Assembly (NCBI GenBank): GCA_963699855.1
Contig: CAVOVL010000006.1
Span: forward strand, 68,606-132,605
Length of the DNA stretch: 64,000 bases
Direction: 5' to 3'
From: an uncultured Alphaproteobacteria bacterium
Lineage (GTDB): Bacteria > Pseudomonadota > Alphaproteobacteria > Rhizobiales > Rhizobiaceae
The notes under the pieces were generated by a model. That model did no database searches, was not told the DNA's origin, and saw nothing but the letters and a program-made list of their open reading frames with translations. Positions 33,748-43,240 of the stretch are shown here, piece after piece. The number at the start of each line of letters is the position of its first letter. Position 1 is the first letter of the stretch. Made by a program: the position numbers and the translations under genes.

Positions 33748-34328
33748 CTCAATCCGTCCTCTCCGGCTATATCCTTCGCGGCAAGTCCTCCGGCGCGGTC
33801 GTGAATGCGTGGGCCTGTCGTCATGACCAGCACCAGCGCCATTTCGTCGGCGCGCGGCGAATCGTTCAGCCCGACTTCCATCGAGTCGAAATGGCTGCGC
33901 ACGTATGAAGCATTGATGTGCGTTACCGGTACGTCGAGCCGGGTGCCGACCGTTCCCACCTTCTTGGTGGAAGGAACGATCGCCTTTGCTCCACCCAGCA
34001 CTTCGCGCATCGCATAGCCTCCGGGCGCATGCCAAAGCGCTCCGTGTTCCAGTTCGCCCGCCGAACCGATGATCGCGCCCTTGCCATAGCCCTCCACGAC
34101 GGACGGATCGCCGCCCAGCAGCGCCACAAGCCGGCGCGCCATTTCGAGGCCGAGCGGCTTCAGGTCTTCCATGAAAGGCTGGATGTTTTCGACGTAACGG
34201 CCTGCGAATGGATTTCGGATCACCGCGATGATGGCGGCCCGGCGCAACGGCTTTTGCGCCCTCGGCCCGCCTTCGTGGTGGATTTCCTCCAGTGCGGTCG
34301 CGATCTTCCGGATCTCGACTTGCGACAT
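33744..34328 (-). CDS. amino acid synthesis family protein (DUF1185 / PF06684), copy 1
   Basis: MSQVEIRKIATALEEIHHEGGPRAQKPLRRAAIIAVIRNPFAGRYVENIQPF.... The stop overlaps the start of copy 2 (ATGA), suggesting translational coupling. Confidence 0.65.
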   Translation of the reverse strand: MSQVEIRKIATALEEIHHEGGPRAQKPLRRAAIIAVIRNPFAGRYVENIQPFMEDLKPLGLEMARRLVALLGGDPSVVEGYGKGAIIGSAGELEHGALWHAPGGYAMREVLGGAKAIVPSTKKVGTVGTRLDVPVTHINASYVRSHFDSMEVGLNDSPRADEMALVLVMTTGPRIHDRAGGLAAKDIAGEDGLR

Positions 34329-34341
34329 TGCTACTTCTCCC

Positions 34342-35193
34342 TCAACAAACACCGGCAAGGCAATGGGTGCGGCCTACGGCGGCAGCCCTGCCTTGCAGAA
34401 AAAGGGCCGCGGCGGCGATTTGGCCGCGCCCGACGAGTTCGCGCGACCTGACCGCGCCCGCGTTCAAGGCGGCGTCGCATTCGTCCGGCATCAGTGGTCC
34501 GACGCCGACCGTCACCAGGCGCCCGCCAAGATCGCTGTCCGGCTGAAGCCTGCTCGCAGGCTCGCGCGCGACAGCCGGGTGTCCCGGTATGTCCACGGCG
34601 TTGCCGATCACGGTCGCGGCAGCATCCGCCCTTGATGAAGTGCCCGCAAGCACCGTAACGGCATCGGCTATGCCAAGCGAGAAACTGCGTCCGACCCTGC
34701 CGCTTGTCGCGATGCCGCGGACAGGATCGGCCGCATTGATCTCGATGGCGCCCAGCGACACGTTGGCAAGGTCTGCAATCGCGATGCGGAACGACTGGCC
34801 GTCATCAAGATGCAAGGCGATGTCGCCGCCATTGTTGACGTAGGCGCGAACGAGCTTTGCCGAAGACACCATGGCTTCCAGGATTTCTTCGGCCACGGAC
34901 CCGGCAACTGCGGCCATGGGGGTAATGAAACCGGTGTCGCCATGCGGCAGCACCGCCTCGAACATGCGCTGAGCAATGCGCCCCCGCGGCCTCGCGCCAA
35001 CCGGGCTGCGCAGCAGCGGCAATTCCGCGACGAGTTCGTCCAGTACCGTGGCGAAACGCTGGCGCGCAGCTTCGAAAGCAATTGTGCGTTCGCCATCTGC
35101 GCCGATGATAAGGTCTATCGGTCCGTGCTGCAGATGCAACCGCTCGGCCCCTGGTGTGCGTCCTGGTAAAATCGCCGAGACAGCGCCGGTCAT
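34342..35193 (-). CDS. UPF0280 family protein (conserved partner of DUF1185 genes)
   Basis: Intact 283 aa ORF, MTGAVSAILPGRTPGAERLHLQHGPIDLIIGADGE.... The family assignment rests on recalled similarity and is moderately confident. Confidence 0.5.
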   Translation of the reverse strand: MTGAVSAILPGRTPGAERLHLQHGPIDLIIGADGERTIAFEAARQRFATVLDELVAELPLLRSPVGARPRGRIAQRMFEAVLPHGDTGFITPMAAVAGSVAEEILEAMVSSAKLVRAYVNNGGDIALHLDDGQSFRIAIADLANVSLGAIEINAADPVRGIATSGRVGRSFSLGIADAVTVLAGTSSRADAAATVIGNAVDIPGHPAVAREPASRLQPDSDLGGRLVTVGVGPLMPDECDAALNAGAVRSRELVGRGQIAAAALFLQGRAAAVGRTHCLAGVC

Positions 35194-36678
35194 CGCGGCC
35201 TGCTCCGCGATTTTCCCCAGCGGTAATTCTGCTTGTCCGTGGGGTCGGGCTCGCGCTCATGTGCGGCGACGGAACGGATGCCCGGCGCAAGCACGCTTTC
35301 GACAGGCTGGATGCGGTCGAGATAACCCCCGAGCGCCGCATAGTCCTCCCTGCGAAGCGTGAACTCGATGGGCGCGACCAAGGCTGGCGTCGGCACATAG
35401 CCGAAGGAATTGGAGGGCATCTTTGTCACGTCGACCATGACGGTTATGCCGCCGCCGGGCCAGACATAAGCTTGTGCGCCGCCACAAGAAACATAGGTCA
35501 GCGCGTCCTTCACCGAACGCGTCAAGCGGACGGGATTCGTCGTCACTCCGGCCCGCAATGATCCGCCAGCGCCGCCCATGAACAGCACCGAGCACATCGC
35601 GGGCTCGCAATTTTCAGCGATGATTTCCGCAGATGCTCGCAGGGCAGGCGGGGCTTGCGCCAGAACCGGGACGAGATTTGCGTCGAGTTCGTAGTAGGCC
35701 CATTGCTCGCCGGTCGTGGAAATCATCAGCATGCGCAGCCCCGGCCAGGCGATCTTCGGATTGAAGGGATCCGAGGATCGTCAGCGGATCGTCTATGCTG
35801 GTGCCGCCCCATCCGGTGCCCGGTTCGGCAACCTGAAAATAGCGTCCGGGCGTGGAGCGCCGGCCTTTCATTCTTATTCCTGTCGGCGGAATGTCGAGCA
35901 GCTTGCCCGCCTGGTGTTCGGAAAGGACGCCGGTGATGTGGTCATCGACGACAACCACCTCGTCGGCATTGCCCAGCCACTGCGTCGCGAACATGCCGAT
36001 GGTTGCCGAACCGCATCCCACGCGCATCAGTTTTTCGGGGACGCCATCGATGACGGGTGCCTTGCCGGCCTCGATCACGACGGTCGCGCCTTCGTCGATG
36101 GTCACTTCAACCGGCTCGCGGTTGCACAGCTTGAGCAACGCCTCGCAAGTGATGCGGCCTTCCTTCTTGGAGCCGCCGGTGAGGTGATCGACGCCGCCGA
36201 GCGACAGCATCTTCGATCCGTATTCGGCGGTCATGACATGACCGACCGGTTCGCCGTCCACCCTCACGATGGCGCGCTCATGGCCGATATGGCGGTCGGT
36301 GTCGATTTTCACCTTCACGCCGCAATAGCTGAAAATGCCCTCGGTAACGACAGTCACCATGTCGACGCCGTCGACTTCCTGGCTGACGATGAAGGGTGCG
36401 GGCTTGTAGTCGGGGTAGGTGGTGCCCGCGCCGACAGCTGTCACGAAGGGACGGTCGCCCTTGATCATATCCCCGTCCCAGTCCTGGCCGCCATTCCCGG
36501 CTTCAAGGAACGGAACCGCTTCCTCGCGGGCGGCGATGACGGTCAGCGGATCGAGCCGGACCAGTTCGCCGCCATGGTTGGCGTATCGGTCACAGGCGCC
36601 GGAGCGGCCTTCGGCGATATAGCAAAGCACCGGGCAGGCGTCGCAGCGGATCTTGTCCGCCGCAAGAACCTCATTCAT
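35190..36678 (-). pseudogene. Cys-rich N-terminal (putative Fe-S) protein of the family sometimes annotated 6-hydroxynicotinate reductase-like, one apparent frameshift near 35740
   Basis: N-terminus MNEVLAADKIRCDACPVLCYIAEGRSGACDRYAN in ORF 35614-36678. The C-terminal about 180 aa lie in ORF 35190-35732. Confidence 0.45.
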
Positions 36679-39366
36679 GGCCGGCCTCCTTCAACGCGGC
36701 GCGTACGAGCGCTGGCGTTGCCGGTACGCGGTGGAGGAGAACGCCAGTTGCATTGCGGATCGCATTGACGATCGCGGGAGCGGTGGGAATGAGCGCGTGC
36801 TCGCCCAGCCCCTTGGCGCCGTAAGGGCCGTGCGCATCGGTCTCTTCGATGATGATCGTCTCTATCGGCGGCACGTCGCCGATCGTGGGGATCAGATAGT
36901 CGTGCAGGTTTTCGGTCCGGCCCGGAATGAACTCCTCCATTAGGGCCATGCCTAGGCCCTGTGCGACGCCGCCATGCACTTGGCCCTCGACCAGCAGCGG
37001 GTTGATCGCCTTGCCGACATCATGCGCAGCGACAATCCGGATCGGGCGCACATTCCCAAGCTTCATGTCGACCTCGACAACCGCCAGGTGCGCCGCATAG
37101 CCGAACTGCGCATAAGGTTCGCCCTGGCCGTTTGCGTCGAGCGGTTTCGTGGGCGGATCGTAGCTTTCCACGGCGACGAGCACATAGCCTTCGTCATCGG
37201 CTTCCATGCGCGCCGGATCGAGCAGGTGGACACCGCTCGCATCGGCGATGCGAAGCGATCCCGACTGCGAAGCGTGATCACGGCATCTTCCGCGGCATTG
37301 CATTGGCGCAGGATCTGCCGGCGCAGCGCTTCGCCAGACAGGCGCGCTGCATTGCCGGTGACGAAGGTCTGGCGAGAGGCGGAGGTCTTGCCCGCATCGG
37401 GCGTGTTGTCGGTATCGGAAGACGCAAGTGTGATGGCGTCGAACGGAACGCCGAGCGCCTGCGCGAAGATTTGCGCAATGACCGTGTTGGAGCCCTGGCC
37501 GATATCGACTGCGCCCTGGTGCAGGACGATCGTGCCGTCACGCGCCGATCGCGGACTTGATCGTCGAGGGATTTGGCATGGAAGTATTGCCGCAGCCATA
37601 CCAACCTGCCGCCACGCCCACGCCACGCTTCACGGCAGCATTCTCCGCATTGAAACTCGCGCAATCCGCGAGCGCGGATGCGTAGGCCGGGCGAAGCGCC
37701 TCCAGACACGCCCTGATGCCGACGCCCTGCGCGAATACCTGCCCGCACACCGTGGGTACGCCGTTTTCCAGCGCGTTGAGAATGCGCAATTCCAGCGGAT
37801 CGACTTGAAGCGTCAAGGCAAGCGTGTCGATCGCCGTTTCCTGCGCAAGCGCCGATTGCGGCACGCCGAAACCGCGAAATGCGCCCGAGGGGGCGCAGTG
37901 CGTATAAACCCCGCGGGAGCGGGCCGTGTAGTTTTCGATGCGGTAGGGCCCCGAAGCGTGGATCGGCACGCGGGTCGCGACCGTCGGCCCCCAGGAGGAA
38001 TAGGCGCCGGTGTTGAAGTCACCCTCGAACGTCATTGCACAAAGCTTGCCTTCGCGCGTCGCGCCAAGCCGGATGCGGATGGAGGAGGGGTGCCGCTTGG
38101 TCGTCGCCTGCATGGTTTCGGTACGCGTGTAGGCCATGCGCACGGGCTTGCCGGTCTTCAGCGGCGGCCAGCGCCAGATAGGGTTGCACAGAGACATCGA
38201 GTTTGGAGCCGAAGCCGCCGCCAACGGCCGTGGGGACGATGCGAATGTCCTTGCGGTCCATGGCGAGGATGTCGGCAACGGTCTCAAGGTCCATCACCGG
38301 CGCTTGCGTGCAGGCGTGGATTTCCAGCCTGCCGTCGCGCATCTGCGCAAAGCCCGCCTCCGGCTCGATATAGCCGTGCTCCACGAAACCGGTTTCGAAT
38401 GCATTCTCGACAACGATCTCCGCGCCGGCCAGGGCGGCATCCGCATCACCGCATTTAACGAAACCCCGGCACATGACGTTTCCGGGACGGTTTGCATGGA
38501 GCTGCGGCGCGCCTTCCGCCAGCGATGCCGGCGGCTCCAGCACCGAGGGAAGCTCGGTCCAGCGCACGGGGAAAGCCTGCGGATCGAAACGCGCCATCGT
38601 CTCGGCCTGCCCGACAACCGCTGCAACCGCATCGCCGCGGTAAAGCGTTTCCCTTTCGGCAAAAACAGGCTGGTCGATGAAGCCGGGGATGACGCCAAAC
38701 AGATTGCGCCCCGGCACGTCGCGGACGGTCAGTACCGCCTCTATGCCCGGATTTTCCGCCATGAATGCGTCGATATCGCCTAGCTCGAACAGCGCATGGG
38801 CAAATGGCGAGCGCACCACCTTGACCACCAACGTATCCGGCGGCGCGATGTCATCGCCATAGCGCTCGGTGCCTTCGACACGGGTGCGACCGTCGATCCG
38901 CCGGATCGATGTTCCAAGGCTGCCGTCGCCGTCCAGCCTCGCGCCATCGGAACCTGCGGCGAGCACTGCGTCGATGATCTTGCGATATCCGGTGCAGCGG
39001 CACAGCACGCCGCCAAGGGCGTCGCATACCTCTTCTTCGCCCGGATGCGGGTTCGTACGAAGCAGGGCCGTTGCGGAAACGATCATGCCCGGCGTGCAGA
39101 TGCCGCACTGCGCCGCCTGGTGATCCTCGAAACTGGCCATCAAGGCCGAACCCGCCGGGTCGGAAACGAGGCCGCGGACGGTCTCGACGCTGCGGCCCTG
39201 CGGCTTGATGCGCCGGCATCAGGCAGGCGCAAACGGGTTCGCCGTCGACAAGCACCGTGCATGCGCCGCAATCGCCCGCATTGCAGCCGATCTTCACTTC
39301 GCGCGCGCCGAGCCTTTCGCGCAGGAAGTGAGAAAGCCGTTCGCCGGCGTCAGCCGTTGCGGCCAC
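36671..39366 (-). pseudogene. molybdopterin-dependent hydroxylase (xanthine dehydrogenase/CoxSL family) with N-terminal [2Fe-2S] domain fused to the MoCo-binding large subunit, at least 5 apparent frameshifts
   Basis: [2Fe-2S] motifs CNAGDCGACTV and QCGICTPGM...LCRCTGY. MoCo-domain pieces lie in ORFs 38019-39143, 37538-38287, 37063-37626 and 36671-37303. Confidence 0.75.
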
Positions 39367-39414
39367 GCGCTTCGCCGTTCAGCATGATGGCGATCCGGTT
39401 TGAAAGCTGAACGT

Positions 39415-40255
39415 TCATGCGGGCATTGCCTTTGCCATTGCGGCTGCAAGCGCACGCGAAATCATTTCCGCAGCGGCCTCCCTGCGATACGTGCTGCTGC
39501 CGCGCACGTCGGATATCGGGGATAGGGGCGCCAAGTGCCCGGCCGCGATTTGCGGCAGGTCGTCCGTCCGGCGGCCGACTAAGTCTGCTTCCAGCGCCGG
39601 AAGCCGTTGCGCAACCGGCGAACATGCGCCGACCGCGATGCGGGTTTCGCCGATGCGGCCGTCGCGGACATTTAGGGCAACCGCGACCATGGCAATGGAA
39701 ATGACGAGATAGCGGCGAGCGCCCGCCTTGATGAAGCTGGAATGAAGGTCTTGCGCTAGTTCCGGCAAAAGTACCGCCGAGACAAGTTCTCCCGGCCGCA
39801 GGTCCGTACGCCGCACGCCAGCAATAAACCGGTCGAGCGGCAGCACCCGTACTGCGCCGCGTGACACGAGTTCAATGGAAGCGTTGAGTGTCAGCAGCGG
39901 CGGTACGCCGTCGGCTGCGGGGGAGGCATTGCAGATATTGCCGCCAATGGTTCCCGCATTCTGGATTTGAACTGAACCGACTTCGCGTGCAGCGGCCTTC
40001 AGACCGTCGAATGCAGGCGGCAGCTTTGCGCGAACGATGTCGCTCCAGCGGGTCGCGGCGCCGATGCGCCAGCCTGACGCTGTCTTTTCGATTCCCCTGA
40101 AACCCGGCAGGCGCGCCGACATCGAGAAGCGAGCGTGCGCCAATCCGTTCGCCCTGTGCGGGAAACCAGTCGGTGCCGCCGGCTACGGGCGCGGCGTCCA
40201 GCTTCTCGAGGGCGTCGAATGCCTCGTCCAGGGCCTTTGCAGACAGATATGCCAT
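39415..40255 (-). pseudogene. molybdenum hydroxylase FAD-binding subunit (CoxM/XdhB-like), one apparent frameshift near 40140
   Basis: N-terminus MAYLSAKALDEAFDALEKLDAAPVAGGTDWFPA in ORF 39872-40285. The remainder (QNAGTIGGNICNASPAADG...) lies in ORF 39415-40143. Confidence 0.7.
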
Positions 40256-40448
40256 TACCAGACCCGCATCTACGTTAAGCGACAAATAGAGAATGAGGCG
40301 TACAGGGCTGTCAAATGGATTCCGGCTTTTTCTTCAATGGTTGAAGCCGCAGGAATGTACAATTCAAGACGGCGCGCCGCCGCTTGCGGCCCGGTCAAAT
40401 TGCTGGTTCACTCCCGCCGTGGGGCGAAAAGGCAGGCGGGAGTGAACG

Positions 40449-41696
40449 ATGGCGCATGAACCGGCAGACCCAAGCGGTGGCGGCCCGACCAGGTTGGTGA
40501 TCCGCAACATCGGAATGCTGTTGTCGGGTCGTCTGGAGGAGCCGATCCTCGACGCGGATTGCCTTGTCGCCGACAATGGCAAGATCACCGCATGGGGCAA
40601 GGAAAGGGATCTCGAAACTGACGGCGCCACGACGCTGATCGACGCGAACGGCACGACGCTGTGCCCCGGCCTTATCGACAGCCATGTGCACCCCGTGGTG
40701 GGCGACTACACGCCACGCCAGCAGCAATTGAACTGGATCGACTCCACCCTGCATGGCGGCGTTACGACGATGATTTCCGCCGGCGAGGTGCACATGCCGG
40801 GGCGTCCGCGCGACGTGGTCGGCCTCAAGGCGATGTCGATCGCGACGCAGCGCTTCTACCAGAATTTTCGCCCGTCCGGGGTCAAGGTTCATGCCGGAGC
40901 GCCGGTTATCGAGCACGGCATGGTCGAGGACGACTTCAAGGAACTGGCCGCTGCCGGCGTGAAGCTGCTTGGCGAAGTGGGCCTTGGCAGCGTCAAGGAC
41001 GGCAAGACCGCAAAGCAGATGGTGGGTTGGGCCCGCAAATATGGAATTCAAAGCACGATCCACACCGGAGGTCCTTCAATTCCCGGCTCCGGGCTGATCG
41101 ACGCCGACATGGTGCTGGAAACGGGGACGGACGTCATCGGACACGTCAATGGCGGGCATTCGGCATTGCCTGACGACCAGATCATCTGCTTGTGCGAGCG
41201 CTGCGGAGCCGGGCTTGAGATCGTCCACAACGGCAATGAACGCGCCGCGCTGCTGACGCTCAACACGGCGCGCGAGTTGAAGCAGCTTGACCGGATCATC
41301 CTTGGTACCGACGGCCCGGCCGGCTCGGGCGTCCAGCCGCTCGGCATCCTGCGGATGATCGCGATGCTATCGAGCCTTGGAAATGTCCCGGCGGAAATCG
41401 CGTTCTGCTTTGGCACCGGCAACACGACGCGCCAGCGCAAGCTTGACACGGGCATCATCGAAAAAGGCATGTGCGCCGATTTCGTATTCCTGGACCAGGC
41501 GCAACATTCGCCGGGAAAGACCATGCTGGAATCGGTAGGGCAGGGCAACTTGCCGGGCGTCGGCATGACCGTCATCGACGGCGTCGTGCGCAGCGAGCGC
41601 AGCCGCAACACGCCACCCGCCGGACGCATTCCCGATCGTGGTGCCGGTAAGGCACTGATAAACATCACCCTGCCAGGATGTCGCTGCTCAGTATGA
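40449..41696 (+). CDS. metal-dependent amidohydrolase (enamidase-like / cyclic amidohydrolase family)
   Basis: Intact 415 aa with the HxH motif GLIDSHVHP. Amidohydrolase-fold family. The enamidase-like assignment is an inference from gene context. Confidence 0.6.
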   Translation: MAHEPADPSGGGPTRLVIRNIGMLLSGRLEEPILDADCLVADNGKITAWGKERDLETDGATTLIDANGTTLCPGLIDSHVHPVVGDYTPRQQQLNWIDSTLHGGVTTMISAGEVHMPGRPRDVVGLKAMSIATQRFYQNFRPSGVKVHAGAPVIEHGMVEDDFKELAAAGVKLLGEVGLGSVKDGKTAKQMVGWARKYGIQSTIHTGGPSIPGSGLIDADMVLETGTDVIGHVNGGHSALPDDQIICLCERCGAGLEIVHNGNERAALLTLNTARELKQLDRIILGTDGPAGSGVQPLGILRMIAMLSSLGNVPAEIAFCFGTGNTTRQRKLDTGIIEKGMCADFVFLDQAQHSPGKTMLESVGQGNLPGVGMTVIDGVVRSERSRNTPPAGRIPDRGAGKALINITLPGCRCSV

Positions 41697-42299
41697 GTTC
41701 GATGCCGGCCGCCCGCATCATTTCCAGTGCCGCCGGTCCGGTTGTCTGCGGATCGACGGCCGCCGATGCATCGGTGATGACGAGCGTTTTGAAGCCGAGG
41801 GCATGCGCGTCCATCGCAAGGCCGCTGACGCAATAATCGGTCGCGATGCCCGGTCACGAAAATCCGCTCGATGTTTCTTTCGCGCGCATAGCCTGCCAGC
41901 CCGGTCATGGTCTGGCCGTCGACCATTCGGAACGCCGAATAGCTGTCGACATGCGGCAGATATCCCTTGCGGATGACCAGTTGCGCGTGGGGAATGTCGA
42001 GGTCGGGGTGAAATTCGGCGCCTGGCGTTCCCTGTACAACATGATCGGGCCACAGCACTTGCGTGCCATAGGGCATTTCGACGGTGTCGAAAGGCTGCTT
42101 TCTGTCATGCGACGATGCAAAGGAAACATGCCCGCGCGGATGCCAGTCCTGCGTCAGCACGACATTTTCGAAACGCCGCGGCCACCTGGTTGATGACCGG
42201 CACGATCTCATGCCCGCTGGCAGTCGCGAGCGCCCCGCCAATGCAGAAATCGTTCTGTACATCGACCACGACAAGAAGGTCGTTCGGGCCAGGCGTCAT
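41660..42299 (-). pseudogene. pncA: nicotinamidase/pyrazinamidase (PncA, isochorismatase family), at least 2 apparent frameshifts
   Basis: N-terminus MTPGPNDLLVVVDVQNDFCIGGALATASGHEIVPVINQ in ORF 42105-42305. Middle FENVVLTQDWHPRGHVSFASSH... lies in the frame of ORF 41048-42274. After IERIFVTG there is a one-base insertion (accgGgcatc). The C-terminus IATDYCVSGLAMDAHALGFKTLVITDASAAVDP...ELILSSDILAG lies in a third frame. Confidence 0.7.
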
Positions 42300-42836
42300 G
42301 TTCAAGTAGTTTCTCGGATTACGTTTCTAGCCCCAAAACTCACACGAAAAGAACTTTCCGTAAAGCATCTACAAATGCGATTCCCAAGACAGCCTCAGTC
42401 CATCGGCAAACCATTTTGTTGGCGGAGAATGCGCAGGCGCTCTAGGAGGTTGCCGACAGCTGAAGTCTTCCGATGTCAATAGCAGTGCTGGCTGGCATCG
42501 CAATCGCGTCGCACTCGCGTGTGACGCACGAAGGTGGCGCTGGCAGTTTAGTACTTCAACGAGCCTGAATTAGTAACTTCAGGCATAGAATTAAAAAACT
42601 AGCTTAACATGCTGCAAAAAAAATAAAATCATTTGAAATACGTGAAAGTCTCGAAGGGAAATGCGGCGGCCGGGGCTCGAAGGGGCAACCGTCCCCCGTA
42701 CCCAGGCAAATCGATTTCTGGCATCAGATCTCAAGAATCCAACTCAAGAAAGAGCAAACAAAATCGCATTTCGTAGATATACCGTAGATCACGAAAAAGG
42801 GGTTAGCGCCAAAAATCGCTAACCCCTTGTTAAATT

Positions 42837-42911
42837 TGGCTCCCCGGGCCGGATTCGAACCAGCGACCAACCGGTTAACAGCCGGTTGCTCTACCGCTGA
42901 GCTACCGAGGA
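42837..42911 (-). tRNA. tRNA-Asn (anticodon GTT), with encoded CCA
   Basis: The reverse complement TCCTCGGTAGCTCAGCGGTAGAGCAACCGGCTGTTAACCGGTTGGTCGCTGGTTCGAATCCGGCCCGGGGAGCCA folds as a cloverleaf (acceptor stem UCCUCGG/CCGGGGA, anticodon loop CUGUUAA). Confidence 0.9.
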
Positions 42912-43023
42912 TCAGTGCTCTGTGGAAGGCGCATATAGCAAAGCGCCTAACGAATTGCCAACCCCAAAGCGGACAAATATTCACCGCGCCCAATCGTTGC
43001 ACCCGGGTGAAGCCGCCAGTTGG

Positions 43024-43236
43024 TCATTTGCTGGCTATGCCTTCCTGGCGCGCCACTGCCAGCGGGTCCTCGTCGTCGAGCTTGCAGCAGATGCGGTAGA
43101 TCTCCAGAAGCCGCTCGTCCATGGCGCCGGTGCGCCAGAAATACATCGCCGCCGCATAGCGGGTGCGGCCCGATCCGGGCAAACCTGTCGGCGTTTCCAG
43201 CAAGCGGCGCTGTCTTTCGTCCTCGCGCTCGTCCAT
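43024..43236 (-). CDS. small hypothetical protein (70 aa)
   Basis: ORF only. No family recognised. Confidence 0.25.
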   Translation of the reverse strand: MDEREDERQRRLLETPTGLPGSGRTRYAAAMYFWRTGAMDERLLEIYRICCKLDDEDPLAVARQEGIASK

Positions 43237-43240
43237 GGCG

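Noticed and set aside
41048-42274. 408-aa minus-strand ORF
   Set aside because: Only the 5' about 200 aa (pncA middle segment) are real. The remainder is antisense to the amidohydrolase gene at 40449-41696.
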